Assembly (NCBI RefSeq): GCF_009834535.1
Contig: NC_045696.1
Location: forward strand, 81,346,001-81,410,000
Origin: Camelus ferus
Taxonomy: Eukaryota
Length of the DNA stretch: 64,000 nt
Direction of reading: 5' to 3'
The stretch's first letter is position 1. Every line of letters starts with the position of its first letter. Under the pieces are notes generated by a model that was not told the DNA's origin, ran no database searches, and was given only the letters and a program-made list of their open reading frames with translations. Both the position numbers and the translations under genes were made by a program. Of this stretch, positions 38,815 through 51,400 are shown one piece after another.

Positions 38815-39045
38815 GTGAAATGATACAGAAAAAGCGCTGGCTTTGGGGTCAACAGGCTGCTTTCAGATTCTGGTTCCCCCACTAAATCACTGGTGTGACC
38901 GGTCCCACAACCTCTCTGGGCCTCAGTTTCCTCCTGTATGAAACAGGGATAAAAACACCTGCCTTGCCTCGCTCACCAGGCTGTGTAGGATCACTCAAGG
39001 TCATGTGTGCAACAGCATTTTCTGACGTGTGAAGTGCTGCATGAA
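38815..39045 (+). mobile_element. MIR SINE relic
   Basis: ggctttggggtca...tgtgacc...aacctctctgggcctcagtttcctcctgtatgaaacagggataaaa. Confidence 0.7.
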
Positions 39046-39725
39046 GCCAGGGCCTGGGGCACGACGCTCTTTCGGCAAGTGGGAGAAGCATGTTTCTGTG
39101 TGTGATCCTTACAAAAAGCCTCACTTTTTTAGAATTATGATCGCCTCACTCTTCAGAGTGATTTAGAAGGTTATTATCATAGTTAAAGGATTATTGCTCC
39201 TAAAAGAATGAGACTCTCCATATCTGCAGTGTGTGGATGGCGTTTATAGAAAGAACAAAGGGAAATGTTTTTAATTGCTCTGTGCTACAGCCTTGCCCCT
39301 TCTCCTCATAATAGTGAGAAGGACAGGGATTATCACAACTTTTATCAGTTTTCTTCCAAACACTTCTGGTACTAAGGTTGCCGATAAAATGGTTGTGTGT
39401 GTGCACAACTCACAGGAGATCTCATGAGTCCAGAAATTAGCTTGGAGGTGGCTATCATGAGGGAATAGGCTCTCATGGATTTCATCTGGTTAACCCAGGA
39501 TAAAAAGGCTCTTAAAAATTGCCTTATTTATTTATTTTGGAATACTCCTGCACACTGGATAGAGCCCAGAGGTACAAGCAACTGAGGGAGTGCAAGCTGT
39601 GCACCAACATCTCTGGAGCCATGTATGATGGGAGAAAGCCCTCCAGCTGGTTCTTATAACCCTACCCCTTGAGTATCACTGGTCTGAACCACTGAAAATA
39701 CAAGATTCCTTGGTTCTACCTAATG

Positions 39726-39963
39726 CAGTGGTCCTCCACCAGGGATGATTATCCTGCCACCCCTCACCTCCCCTAAGGGGACATTTGGCAAAGTCTGGAG
39801 TCAGTTTGGGTTGTCACAGCTTGGAGGTGGGAGGCAGTCTACTGGCATCTTGTGCATAGAGCAGAGAGATGCGGCTAAACATCCTACAATGCCCAGGAAG
39901 GCAACCTACGCTGGAGGATTATCCGGCCGCAAATGTCAAGAGTGCCACAGTCGGAAAACCTTG
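39726..39963 (+). mobile_element. MER20 hAT DNA transposon
   Basis: cagtggtcctc...ggggacatttggcaaagtctggag...ttgtcacagct...ctactggcatct...gctaaacatcctacaatgc...aaatgtcaagagtgcc; TSD acctaatg / acctaaat. Confidence 0.85.
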
Positions 39964-42900
39964 ACCTAAATCTTTCTCCCGTCTCCATTCCTAGGTTTTG
40001 ATATGGCTTTCCTCTCCAGTGAGTGATATGCCATTTGGATAACCCGAGATTGAAATGAAAAGTCTTAAAATGCTTAAAAAAAAAAACCCAAAACCCTGTT
40101 GCTTGCTATTGCTAATTTAATGGTTTGATTTTTGGTAGAAGTCAGTCTGGGGGAGTGTGCATTCATCTGGCAGTCCTGCCTAATGGACTGTGAGGTTGTG
40201 CAGTGCAGTCTGTGGTTGTTTCATACAGCCTTCCAAAATAAATTTTCTTTTTACTTTAGCATAATGAAATAGATGTCATGAAGATTAGATATATAAGCAA
40301 ACACTGGCTTTATCACCATTTTATCATTGGTGTGTAGGAATCTGACAAATTCCAGCACATATCCATAGACTGGACGGAACTGGAATGATAACTTAGTGGT
40401 CCAGACCCTTTTCATTACGGTTGAAGATAATGATATCAAGTGACTTCTCCCTGTCATATCTTTAGATTTCCTAAAAAGGAAATAAATTACTTTAATATGT
40501 AAAGAAAAGACCAACTTAAAAATTTTTAACTATTATTTTAATAGTTTAAAAAATTGAAGTAAAATTTGAATAAACTATATTGTTTTTTAAAAGATACCTA
40601 AAAGAGTACTTCTTAAAATAAAAGTATGCCTAACTGTCAGATTAAACAAGCTTTACTGAAAGAAAAATTATGTCAAGTTGATTATAAAAAGTGCTACATC
40701 AAAGAAACGTTTGGGTAAGAGCCCCTTCACCACCTTCACATTTACTATGTAGTCAAAAAAATCTTACCCTTTTGCCGTATTTCTTTTTCAGTTATACATT
40801 CTCAAATATTCTCATGGTAAATAGTGATTTTTTTAATGCTTTTTAGCTCCAGGCTTGAGACAGCCAAGCAATAAATTATCGTAAAAACTCATTATATGGA
40901 GAAAATTGGTATTGTCAGAAAACAATGTATGAAAATGGATCTGAACCCAATGGTGTCAGTTTTAGATTGTGTCTGTTTTCTATAACTTTGCTATTGTAAG
41001 TTTTTCCGGAGTGGATGGATAAGTAACAAACTTCAGCTAAACACACAGACTATTGGCAAAGGAAGATTTATTTTCTTTGGCTGGGGTTAGTTTGGAGTTA
41101 CTGTTACCTTGGGATTTTCATATATGTCTCACCCTCCAGGCTGTTACCAATTAAACTTAAAAGGAATTTGCAATTATTTCTAAAGTTTGAGGAAGGAAAC
41201 CTTTTTAATAACACAGAAACAAATAAAAAAAAACTTTCTAATTAAAAGTGAAATTATAAAGCAAGTCAAAGCTTTAAAGTATTCATAAATACAGTGTTTG
41301 GGGAAAATTAGGTCATTTTAACAAGTGAGATTTTCTTTAAATCAATGGGCTTTGGACCAGCTAAATATTTCTAAATAGTTCTGATTTTTTTTAAATCTTC
41401 TTTGTCTTGTTTTGAAATGTCAGAGATAAGGAAAACCAATCCATGGGGAAAATGTATTATTAATTTAAATAAATCATAGCTAATATTATATTTTACTCAG
41501 AATTATTGACATTGGAAATAAACTCGTTTAAACCATATTCTCTCTTTAAATTATAATAAAATGCATTATTAATGACAAGTTACATTTTAAATGCTAATCA
41601 TATTCTTTGATAAGACATAACATGGTCCTAACATAGGAAGGAAAAATACAAAATAAATTTATCTAACTTTTCATTATTTTATTGGTTTGGAGGATTATAA
41701 AGGCCTTTTATGTTCATTGCCTTAACAAATGTCTAAACTGTGTTTTCCCAGTGTGTTCAAGTATAACAGACCTTTCATTTTCTCCTCAATTTGGTAAAGA
41801 TAAACACTGGTATTTGTCAAGAGGAAAGAAGTAAAAAGCTGAAATCTGAATGTTAGCTTTTCTTGTTTTAGCCCATTGCCAAAGAGACTAGAAATAAATT
41901 TGCATAAAATTCTCTGTGGTAACTTCCCCCCCTTTGAAAGGTATCATTATATTTAATCTTCTCTGAATCTTTTAAATACAGTTCTAATTTCATTTCCAGA
42001 GATGGGATGAATATACCCACCGAGGTTGAGGCCACGCGTGTGTGCATGCGTGTGAGAGCCCAGCAAGCGTGTTTGGGTGGAAAATGCACAGTCTGAATTT
42101 TCAGAAGTTTCCCTTTTCCAGGGGCTTCCATTCACATGACTACAGAACCAATTTGAACGTCATAATTGCTTTCCCTTTGATTTGTATGAAATTAGAAAGA
42201 AATGACTCCTTCACTTAACACTTTGAACTTCCTAAATTTCTAGACCAAACAAAACACCTGAAGCATTTCCTGTCCCTAGTTTTAACCAGCCTAGCAGTGC
42301 CTGGCATAGACAACAGTAAAGAAACAAGATGATCTGTTGTGTCCTCAAGATAAAATTATAGTTGTAGTTTAGTCACACACATTGATCACCATTTTTCTTC
42401 TAACCAAGCAGGACAGATTGTCAAGTGTCGTTTAGATCAGCTAGATTGCTCTAACCTCACATCAGGTGAATTGGACAAATATATTTCTGCGTTGAAATAA
42501 AGAGAGAATATGGCCATAAGAAAACTGTGAGATTTAGTATCTTCAAATGAGTTTCTTTCTCCCTAATCCCCTGTCTCTCACTGAATGCTCTGATTCCCAC
42601 ATGGGTCACTAATATAGGGAGAAATGGTAAGACTGACATCGAATTGCTTTTTCTCCATTTGCATGCTGTGTGCCAAGGGCAGTTTAACCCATGCAAATTA
42701 GAGCTGCCATGCTTTTGCAGAACTGCTTCCCTCTGCATTGCTCTGAAAGCATGTGAAATCGAAGGTAGTCAGATCCTGAGCACACTGCCTGCCATGTGCC
42801 TGGTGATTAAATACCACGTCATCACATCCATAAGGCTAAAGGTTTCATCATACTCATGGAAAACGGAAAATTGACCTCTTCCTTTCAGTGTTTGCACATT

Positions 42901-43674
42901 CATTTCAGTATTCTTCGCCAGGGTTTCTGCCAGGTGACTGCGGTCTGAAACAAAAGAAAACAAAACACCTATCATTCTGGAAGAGAACTCTTTTTTTGTT
43001 TGTTCGTTTTATTGTCTTTTTTGTTTGTTTTAATTTGTTGTTGTTCCTCTTGATTAACTCAGCTCTGTGGCTATAAATTCCAGTGGCACTGGGCTTTGGG
43101 GTGGGCCATTATTTGATGTGGTGCCTCTGCTCTCCAGGGAATGATGACACACCAAGTGAGTCATTGTGGTAGCTGGAACCTTGGGAGTTGCTCCGTTCTG
43201 TGACTGATGCTAGAATTTGGTATGGGGCAATCACAAGAGGGGAAAGGCCATGCCTGTGGCTTGGGCAGGAGTCCCAAAATACTGGGGAACAATTTCTAAT
43301 CCTGTGTATTTTCCCATTAACTCAGAGGGTTGGTGACCAACTTCACCTTCCCAAAATAAAACGAGAAGGCAATGTTTGTATATATGTGTACACACACAAT
43401 GCACATACACATATATACACGTGCAGATTCAGAACTGAACAGTCTCGGTCTAGCAACTGGTTTTGAACAACGTTTTAATTTATTTCATCTTTCTTTTCTA
43501 GTTTCTCCGTGCTACAAACATCATTTTCTTGGTTTCATGCAGTAACTCTGTCTGTAACAGTTCTATATAGAGCTTTTCCTTCTTGTTGCTTAAGCTGGAG
43601 CACTGACTTGCTGAGAGATGCTGGTTTGGTTGTATCTACGCTTCATATCTGCTGGGCAAACTTCTCTCTTGTAG

Positions 43675-43859
43675 GATCTGACGGCATTAGCCAAAGAATT
43701 AAGAGAACTTCGGATTGAAGAAACCAACCGCCCGCTGAAGAAGGTGACGGATTACTCCTCCTCAAGTGAGGAGTCGGAAAGTAGCGACGAAGAGGAGGAA
43801 GATGGGGAGAGCGAGGCCCAGGACGGGACGGTGGCTGTCAGCGACATACCCCGACTGAT
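43675..43859 (+). CDS. TNIK: TNIK coding exon (~exon 22), 185 nt, phase 0/2, acidic tract
   Basis: ttgtag|GATCTG...CTGAT|gtaaga; DLTALAKELRELRIEETNRPLKKVTDYSSSSEESESSDEEEEDGESEAQDGTVAVSDIPRL(I). Confidence 0.97.
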
Positions 43860-46800
43860 GTAAGAGGCTGGCTTTCTACTTTGGGGCCAGGAGGGGCTAG
43901 GTCTCCAAAACGAAAGGACAGGAGGTGTGAACTAAACATAGATGGTGTATGTGTCTCTGGCAGGATCGGTTGACTTTGGGGATTCATGTTTTTATTACAG
44001 CATCTATAGCCAGCTCTCTCCCTGGACACAGTCACTTAGAACAGGTAGCATTTCTACAACCGCATGTGCTTTATCTAGACTGTTGCTGGGTTGACTGTCC
44101 TGCTGGTGACAATTTCTTGATTCTTGTCATCCCAGGGCAGATGGATAGTGACAGCCACACTGTTGTCACATGCCTGTCCCCCCGGAACTGAAAGAGTGAG
44201 ATCACAGGCAGTGGCACTTAGGGGTTAAAGTGGACAGCGTGAGACCTCTAGCTTACCATCCCCACCGCCACTCAGGAGGAATGCCCGAGGCAGCGTGGGT
44301 TAGCATCCCAGCAGAAGAATCAGGAGTTGAACAAACCTGCAAAGAAACTTCTGAGTGTTTGACTTAAATACGTCCCTATTAAGATTTTCTACTTCATCGT
44401 CTCCATTCTCCCTTTCATGTGATCCTTTTTGCTGCGGCCTGTGACTTCACCACAGACATCCCATCTGTCTCTTTGCAGTCTTCTTTTTTTAGGTATTTAT
44501 ACCTGTATTTATAGCTACCTGTCTTTCCCTTCGTATCTGCAGCCTTTATGTCATCTCTTTTTTAAAAAAAAAATGAGGAGTCTCACTTTTTCTTCTTCTC
44601 ATCATCTGGATCCTATAAAAGAACCTCTCCTCTTCCCCTATTGCTTCCCCAATTCAAACATACTCATACAATCACACTCACATGCATCTCTCATTTCCTC
44701 CCCTAAATAAACATAAGGTTCCCTTGCCCTGGTTTGCTCTCACTTGGATAACAAGTGATGCTAACTTTTCTAGCTTCACTCCTCCTTCACTTCCATTTCT
44801 TTGGTTCAGCTACTACTGTCGGTCATTACACCACATTTACTCCCTGTAGAGAAGGTGCCATTTCAGGCCACAGATTACTGTTTTGTCCAGCAGAGATTGG
44901 AAAGACAGGACCGGCAAATCTGCAGGAAATGTCATCCATTGATTAACAATCGCTCAGACAAGCAATTCTGAGAGGCAAATCCAATTATCATAACTGAAAA
45001 TCCATATACTTGTTATTTTATTGCTGATTACCCAGATATTGACAACCATAAATATGCTAAAATATGACATTTTGAAACAAATTGCATTAAGTTGCTTTTT
45101 TTTAATAGCAAATAAAATTGTTCTAGAGGCAAAATCACTAATCCAGAACATTCCTGCAGAATATACTGGTCCTTTCAGTTTTTGTCATGACTCAGCATTG
45201 GTTAATTCTTCTAACAGATGTTTTAAATTCCCTTTAAGTACTGAACATACAACTATGAGGATGAGGGTGGATTATGAATTCAAAAGATTGGTAAGACATG
45301 CACTGTGTTTTAGACCCCATACTGAGGGCTTTGAGCCATTCAAGAAGTGTGTACATGAATTCCACCTTCCAAAAGTTTACATTCTAGTTGGAGAGAGACA
45401 AAATTATATATGGAAAATTTCAGAGTAATATAAATAGTTGGAAGAATAGCCAAAGACGACCTTGGAAGAGATGTGCATTTGATTTTTAAGCCTCCTGTCA
45501 TGTTTTGCAAGGCTCTTAGTGATATTCATCCTTGTATCTCTAAAGGCAAGTCCTCTCTTCCTCCAGTACAGAAACACCCACCTTCCTAAAATTGCCTAAA
45601 TATACCATGCTGTGCTTCCTCTCTGCTGTCTGGCACTCTGCTGTCTGGCACTCTCCTGTCCCTTTAGAAATCACCTCCTCACAGCCCAGCCTGCACAGAT
45701 AGACGCCCCCCCACCTTCCATGCTGCACTGAATCTCCTGTGTATTCCCACCATTTCCAGGAGTGCCTTGAATCTGGTTATTTATTACAAGTTGTCTCCCT
45801 CTCTGGGCTGTGAGATCCTTGGGGTTGAGGATTGTGCCTTATTCTCTCTACTCTTAACACTTTGCATGTTGTCTGGTATACAGTTGATCTTCAGTGACTC
45901 TGATTTACATTTAGCTGCACTGAACTGAAATTGCAAATCCTGGCTTCAAGGAGTTTATAGCCTAATCCAGGGAAAGACATGGACACGAGTAACTGTCATC
46001 AGGGTAGAAAGGAACACGGAGTCATGTTAGACTCCCAGGCGGGTAGAGTGGAAGGAAATGCATGGAAGGTTAAGTTTGGTGGGGATGGGGATGTAGGGGC
46101 TGTGAGGGGGGAAGTCAGTCTTGAAACTAGACCAAGAAGTGCATTTATCACGCAGCCACTGGGGAACCACTGAAGGTCTCGAGTTACATGATCAGTGCTA
46201 TGTCTGAAAGAAATCATTTCAGCAAGACGATTTGGAAGAACAGACTAGATACTGGTAAAGGAATTCAAAGGAGCTGTTGCTGTAATCCTGAGAAATAATA
46301 AATGGGCTACACTGAATTCTTAAAGTAGAGGCAAAACTTGACGTGGCTCTTAAAAAATTCTCAAATTTTAGACAGGTTGACATGATTATCCATTAAAAAG
46401 CACTTGAAATATTTAATTATATATGAAACATACTCAGTGAAAGAACAGGATACAAATGTGTGTGCATATGTTTATTCCAACTTGGTAAATTATGCATTTT
46501 TGTGAATATAAAATATATACATTCTTTTCTGCTACAGCACGGTAGTTATATACCTAAGAATTGTTTCTTTAGGAATAGGATATTTCTGAGTTAGGCTGCT
46601 TCTTACAGACATTTTTACCACTTGTATTTTCTACTGTGAAAATAAACCTTTGCTTTTTGTGCTATATATTTTTGGAGAAAAAAATACAAATATACTGCAA
46701 CACAGTTCACTACCGTGAAGTGTATACAAAAGAGCTTTTCAGAAATGGAGCCCAGTCGTTCAGACAAACAGCTGTAGATCCTGATGTGCAAAACAACAAC

Positions 46801-48114
46801 CTCTGCTGCGTACAGTGCTGGCTTCATCTTTGTAGTATAAAGTATAATCTATGAGAGTGCACGTAACTAAGACTGTATTCTATCACTAACCAACTGCACT
46901 GACTTCCTGATGCCTTCTGCATAGAAAAATAATGAGTGAAGGAAAATTACAGTAGTGGTTGCCTCTGAATTACACAGCTATAAGGGATTTTTATTTTATG
47001 TATAGCCCCAATTTTTTGATGAGCATGCACTATTTTTACAATCAGGAAAAATAAATGCTTTATATAGAACAGGAGGGAATGAAAGGCACATAAGCTGATT
47101 TGCTTCAGACCAAGCAAGCCGGAGAGGCAGCCTTTTGTATCAGTATCTTCCCTCAAGTATGCTTCAGGGCAGTACGTGTGAGGCACAGTTTTGATCATTA
47201 GGACCATCTTTTGCTATCATTGTCACTGAATTTTGTACAGTCTCGTAAAATGCAGTCTGGGCGATGAAAGCCATGGTTCTGACCCTGTTACCCACCTGGG
47301 CCGTTGTCACACTCCCCTTGCCCGCAGTCCTCTCTGCCGTCCTGTCCACGGTGCGGGCTCTGGCCGTGCTGTATCCCTTGTGCCCTACAACTCTTTTCAT
47401 TCCTGGGGCCCACGAGGACCCCAGCATGTGCTCCAGCCAAACTGACCCACTCATCATTCTTTACAAATGCCTTGCACTTTTCCAATTTTGTGCCTTTTCT
47501 TGGAGTGACCTCTCCCTCTGTCCCACATTCTTACATCCTACCTTGGATTTGAGTATTTCTGTTATGCTTTTATGCTCTTCCAGATGCTAACCTCTTTAGT
47601 TTCAGGAACTGTGTCTTCTTCAGCTGTTATATCTGCTACCCAGTGCCAAATCAAGGGCCTTTCACGTGGCAGGTGTTCAATAAATGTGTATTGAATTGAA
47701 TTAAATCAATACCTGCAGGAATACTTTTTGACAAATCCAATTAGAGGAAATTATTGTTCTAAACATGTGGACTAATTACAGTAAATTTTCTGTAGTTTTC
47801 CTTCTAATTAGTTGATGTGATTTATTTTTACAGCCTTTATAAAACTTCAAACAATTAATTTTCCTACCCAGACTCTATAGCCAAAAAATAATTTTTAGAA
47901 CAAAGGATTATTTTACCTATAAAATGTTAAAGTGTTTTTAGCTTTATTGTCTTTAAATCATTGCCCTTTAAATTCTTTCATTATTAATCAACTTTATTTT
48001 TTATTTTTAAAATTTTTTTTCAAGAACTTAAAGTGAGGATTTATTAAATAATAGTACACTCTCAAGGAGAGAGTGGGCAGACTCAGGTGAGTAACTGCCT
48101 AAACTTTACTTTTT

Positions 48115-49750
48115 GGAACAGTTTTCGATTTACTGAAAAATTGTGCAGATAGTACAGAGAGTTCCCATGTTACTCCCCCACCTCACCCCACCGCTGCACA
48201 CAGTTTTCCCTGTTATTAACACTGTACATTAGTATGTACATATGTTATAACTAATGAACCAATATCGATACACCTTACTGAAGTCCAAAGTTTATTCAGA
48301 TTTCCTTAGTTTTTACCTAATGTCCTTTTTCTGTTCCAGATCCCGTTCAGGATACCACATTACTTTTAGTTATTTCATTGTCATGTCTCCTTAGACTCCT
48401 CTTGGCTGTGGGTTTCTCAGACTTCCCTTGTTTTTGATCAAGTTGGCAGTTTTAAAGAGTCCTGATTAGGTATACTATAGAATACCCCTCTAGTGGAATG
48501 TATCTGATGTTAGTCTCATGATTAGACTAGGGCTACTGTTTGGGGGAGGAAGGTCACAGAGTTTGCATGTCATTTTTATCATATTGTATCAATGGTATAT
48601 ACTATCAACATGACTTACCACTGTTGACATTGACTTTGAGCATCTGGCTGAAGTAGTGGTTTCTCTGCTGTGAAGTAACTACCCCCCAACCCCCTTTTCC
48701 ATATGTGCTCTTTGGAAAGAAGCCGCTGTGCACAGCTCCCACTTAAGGAGTGGGGAGTTGTGTTCACCCTTCTTGGGGCAGAGTAGCTACATAATTTATG
48801 TGGAATTCTTCTGTACGGGAGACTTGTCTCTTCTCCTGCATTTATTAATTTATTCACACTTTTATTTATATCAGTGTAGATTCATGGGTATTTATTTAGA
48901 ACTTTGGATAACAACCAAATACTTTATTTTGTGGCTCAAGTTGTCCCAGCTTTAACTGTTGGAAGCTCTTGTGTCCCTTTGACTGACATCCCCCATCAAG
49001 CTCTTCCTCACTTTCTGACACTATCAGATGCTGCAGGTTCATCCTGTGTATTTCCCACTCCAGTCCTGGAATCAACAATGTCTCCAAGGAGTCCTGATTC
49101 CTTGTTATTAAACAATGATATTAGAAGATTTGGGCACTAGGTATGCTCATTGCTACTGGAATTGAATTTCTTTAAGGCCGTCTCAGCTGACAGAACAAGG
49201 AGATATATGTGTGTATATTAACCCATGTATGCACACATATTTATAAACATTTCTGTATGTAGCCATCTGTGTCTATAGTAAGCTAAAGATGAGTTCAGCC
49301 AGATTTCCTCAGCTGATGTATTACCACGCAGATCATTCTAGCACCCTTCCCTTCCTTGTCTGTAAATCCTCAGCCCAACAGTAAGAAACCTGGCTCTCTC
49401 AATCTACCAACCATTTACTTAATTGTCTACTTCCAGTGTATACAAATAGCAGTATCACAATGGTTAATCTGTACCCCCGTGGGAAAAAAACTTTATCAAC
49501 CAGAGTATAGTGCTTATGTGCAGTTTCTTTTGCCTTTAATTGTATAGACTCCATTTGTTTCCACAGTTACTTAGGTCAACATCTTGTGCCCCACCCCGCT
49601 CATGGAAATATGTTTTTAATACATTTGTAATACAGTTAGATTCTCTTGTCACAGTCTACATTCTTTCCTGGGATCTTCTAACCTCCTAAATGATTTTGTT
49701 TAATTTGCATACTTTAAGGGTCACTCTTTGTACTATAAAATTCTATGACA
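48115..49750 (-). mobile_element. Old L1 (L1MB/L1MC-like) 3' region, antisense
   Basis: cagttttcgatttactgaaaaattgtgcagatagtacagagagttccc...ttttccctgttattaac...aatgaaccaatatcgatac...tcactctttgtactataaaattctatg. Confidence 0.75.
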
Positions 49751-50019
49751 TATGTGAACAGATTTTTTTGTTGTTATCCTATTATAACAACATTGTTTTG
49801 GCACATTCTATACAGAAAAGTGAACTCAATGCCAAAGTCACTTTTTAAATTTTAAAAAGGTGAAACTCAACATTAGTTATTCAGGACATTTTAAATATGC
49901 TAATAATTATCCTCTTAAATGATTGCTCATCAATTCGTAGAAGAGCTATATTTTGACAATAAACTTGAATGAAATCTTACTAGAGCCATTAAACAAAGAC
50001 TTTGGCCCAAGACCTTCAA

Positions 50020-51400
50020 TGATTGATTAAACATTTACTGGATGCTGCCTGCATGCCAGCAGGCACAGTGCTTGGCACTGAAGAAACAGACAGTAATAAG
50101 GCCTGAAATTGCAGGGACATGCGTCAAGCGCGTTGGCAGAGATGTGCAGAGGGTAACGTGGAAGCAGAGTGAAGATCACCTGAACTATCCCAGTGGCGCT
50201 GGGGTGGGGCTGGGGTACCTGAACTGCATTTTAAAGGATGAGTTACCCAGGGGGAGGCAGAAAACGTAAAAGAATCCTTTAGGAAGAGGAGATAGACTAC
50301 AGTCATCCAAGGGTTTGGGTGGCACGATGTGTCTAGGAAACTTCTAGAAGTTACATGTTGTTAGACTTAGAAATAAAAAATATTGGTGAAAAAAAGTAAG
50401 GCTAGAGGGACAGGCAAGGCAGATAATGGAGGGCCTGTAAGCCACAGGAAGGAACTTCGTTTATCCTTTGCTTAATGGGGAGCTGCTCAAAGTAGAAAGC
50501 AGAAGAGTGCGACGGTCAGAAGTATGTTTCAGAGCTCATTTTGGCAGCTGTGTGGTGTGGAGTGGCGAGGAGAGGGACGGGACCGGAGGTGGGGTGACCA
50601 TCAAGAGGACATTTCAGGTAACAAAGGAAGCAGACCTAGAAATATAGATTATTACCTTTTAGTCAATCTATAAGGAATATTATTAGCAGAAGAGCAAGTC
50701 ACAAAAAGGATAGAAGATATTGGAGGCATGTTTAGGCGATAAGTTTGGCAGGATCCAAATTGAATCCTCCGATTCAATGAGAGAAAGGAGTCCAGAAGGA
50801 CTGTGGAGTTTCTAGCATGGATGGCTAGATGGCTTGTAATGCCACTAACTGAGGTCAGTGATACAGGGGGAAGCATCAGTTCAGGAGATGATGGTTTCTG
50901 TTTGGAGCACGTTGAGCTGGAGAAACCTGAGAGCAAAAAGATGGTGGTTGTAATGGGCTTAGATAAGAGCCTGTCAAAAGATTATCCTGAAGCAGGATTC
51001 TGAAGACCAGTAGCATTTAAGAGGAGCTTCTAAAGAAAACAGAGAGGGAACGGAGGGGTAAAAGGAAATCCAGAGGAAAGTTGTCTCAAAGCCAAAAGAG
51101 TAGAGAAGAATGGGTGGAGTGATCAGTAATAGACACAGGCAAGAACCACACACTGCAAAGACAAAAAGTAATCACTGACGCTTACAGCAAAGAAATGACT
51201 TGGGGCGTGTCCCCGAGGTGCTGGAAGTCAAGTACAGGAAGCAGTCGTTTGAGGAGTGAACCATAGTGTGTTGAAGAATAAACTGGAGAACTTTGCAAGG
51301 AGAATTTTAAGAAAAGAGAAGTGTTAAGCCTGAGTGGTAAATGCAGATTAGGGTCAAGGGAGATGTTTCAATGAAATGGGAGAGAGGACAGACCTTGTCA
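50020..51400 (-). mobile_element. L2 LINE relic, antisense
   Basis: aaacatttactggatgc...caggcacagtgcttggcactg...gggcctgtaagccacaggaagga...aatggggagc...ttctgtttggagcacgttgag. Confidence 0.7.

Noticed and set aside
45621..45660. 15-bp tandem repeat ctctgctgtctggca
   Set aside because: Ordinary slippage duplication within an L2-like relic
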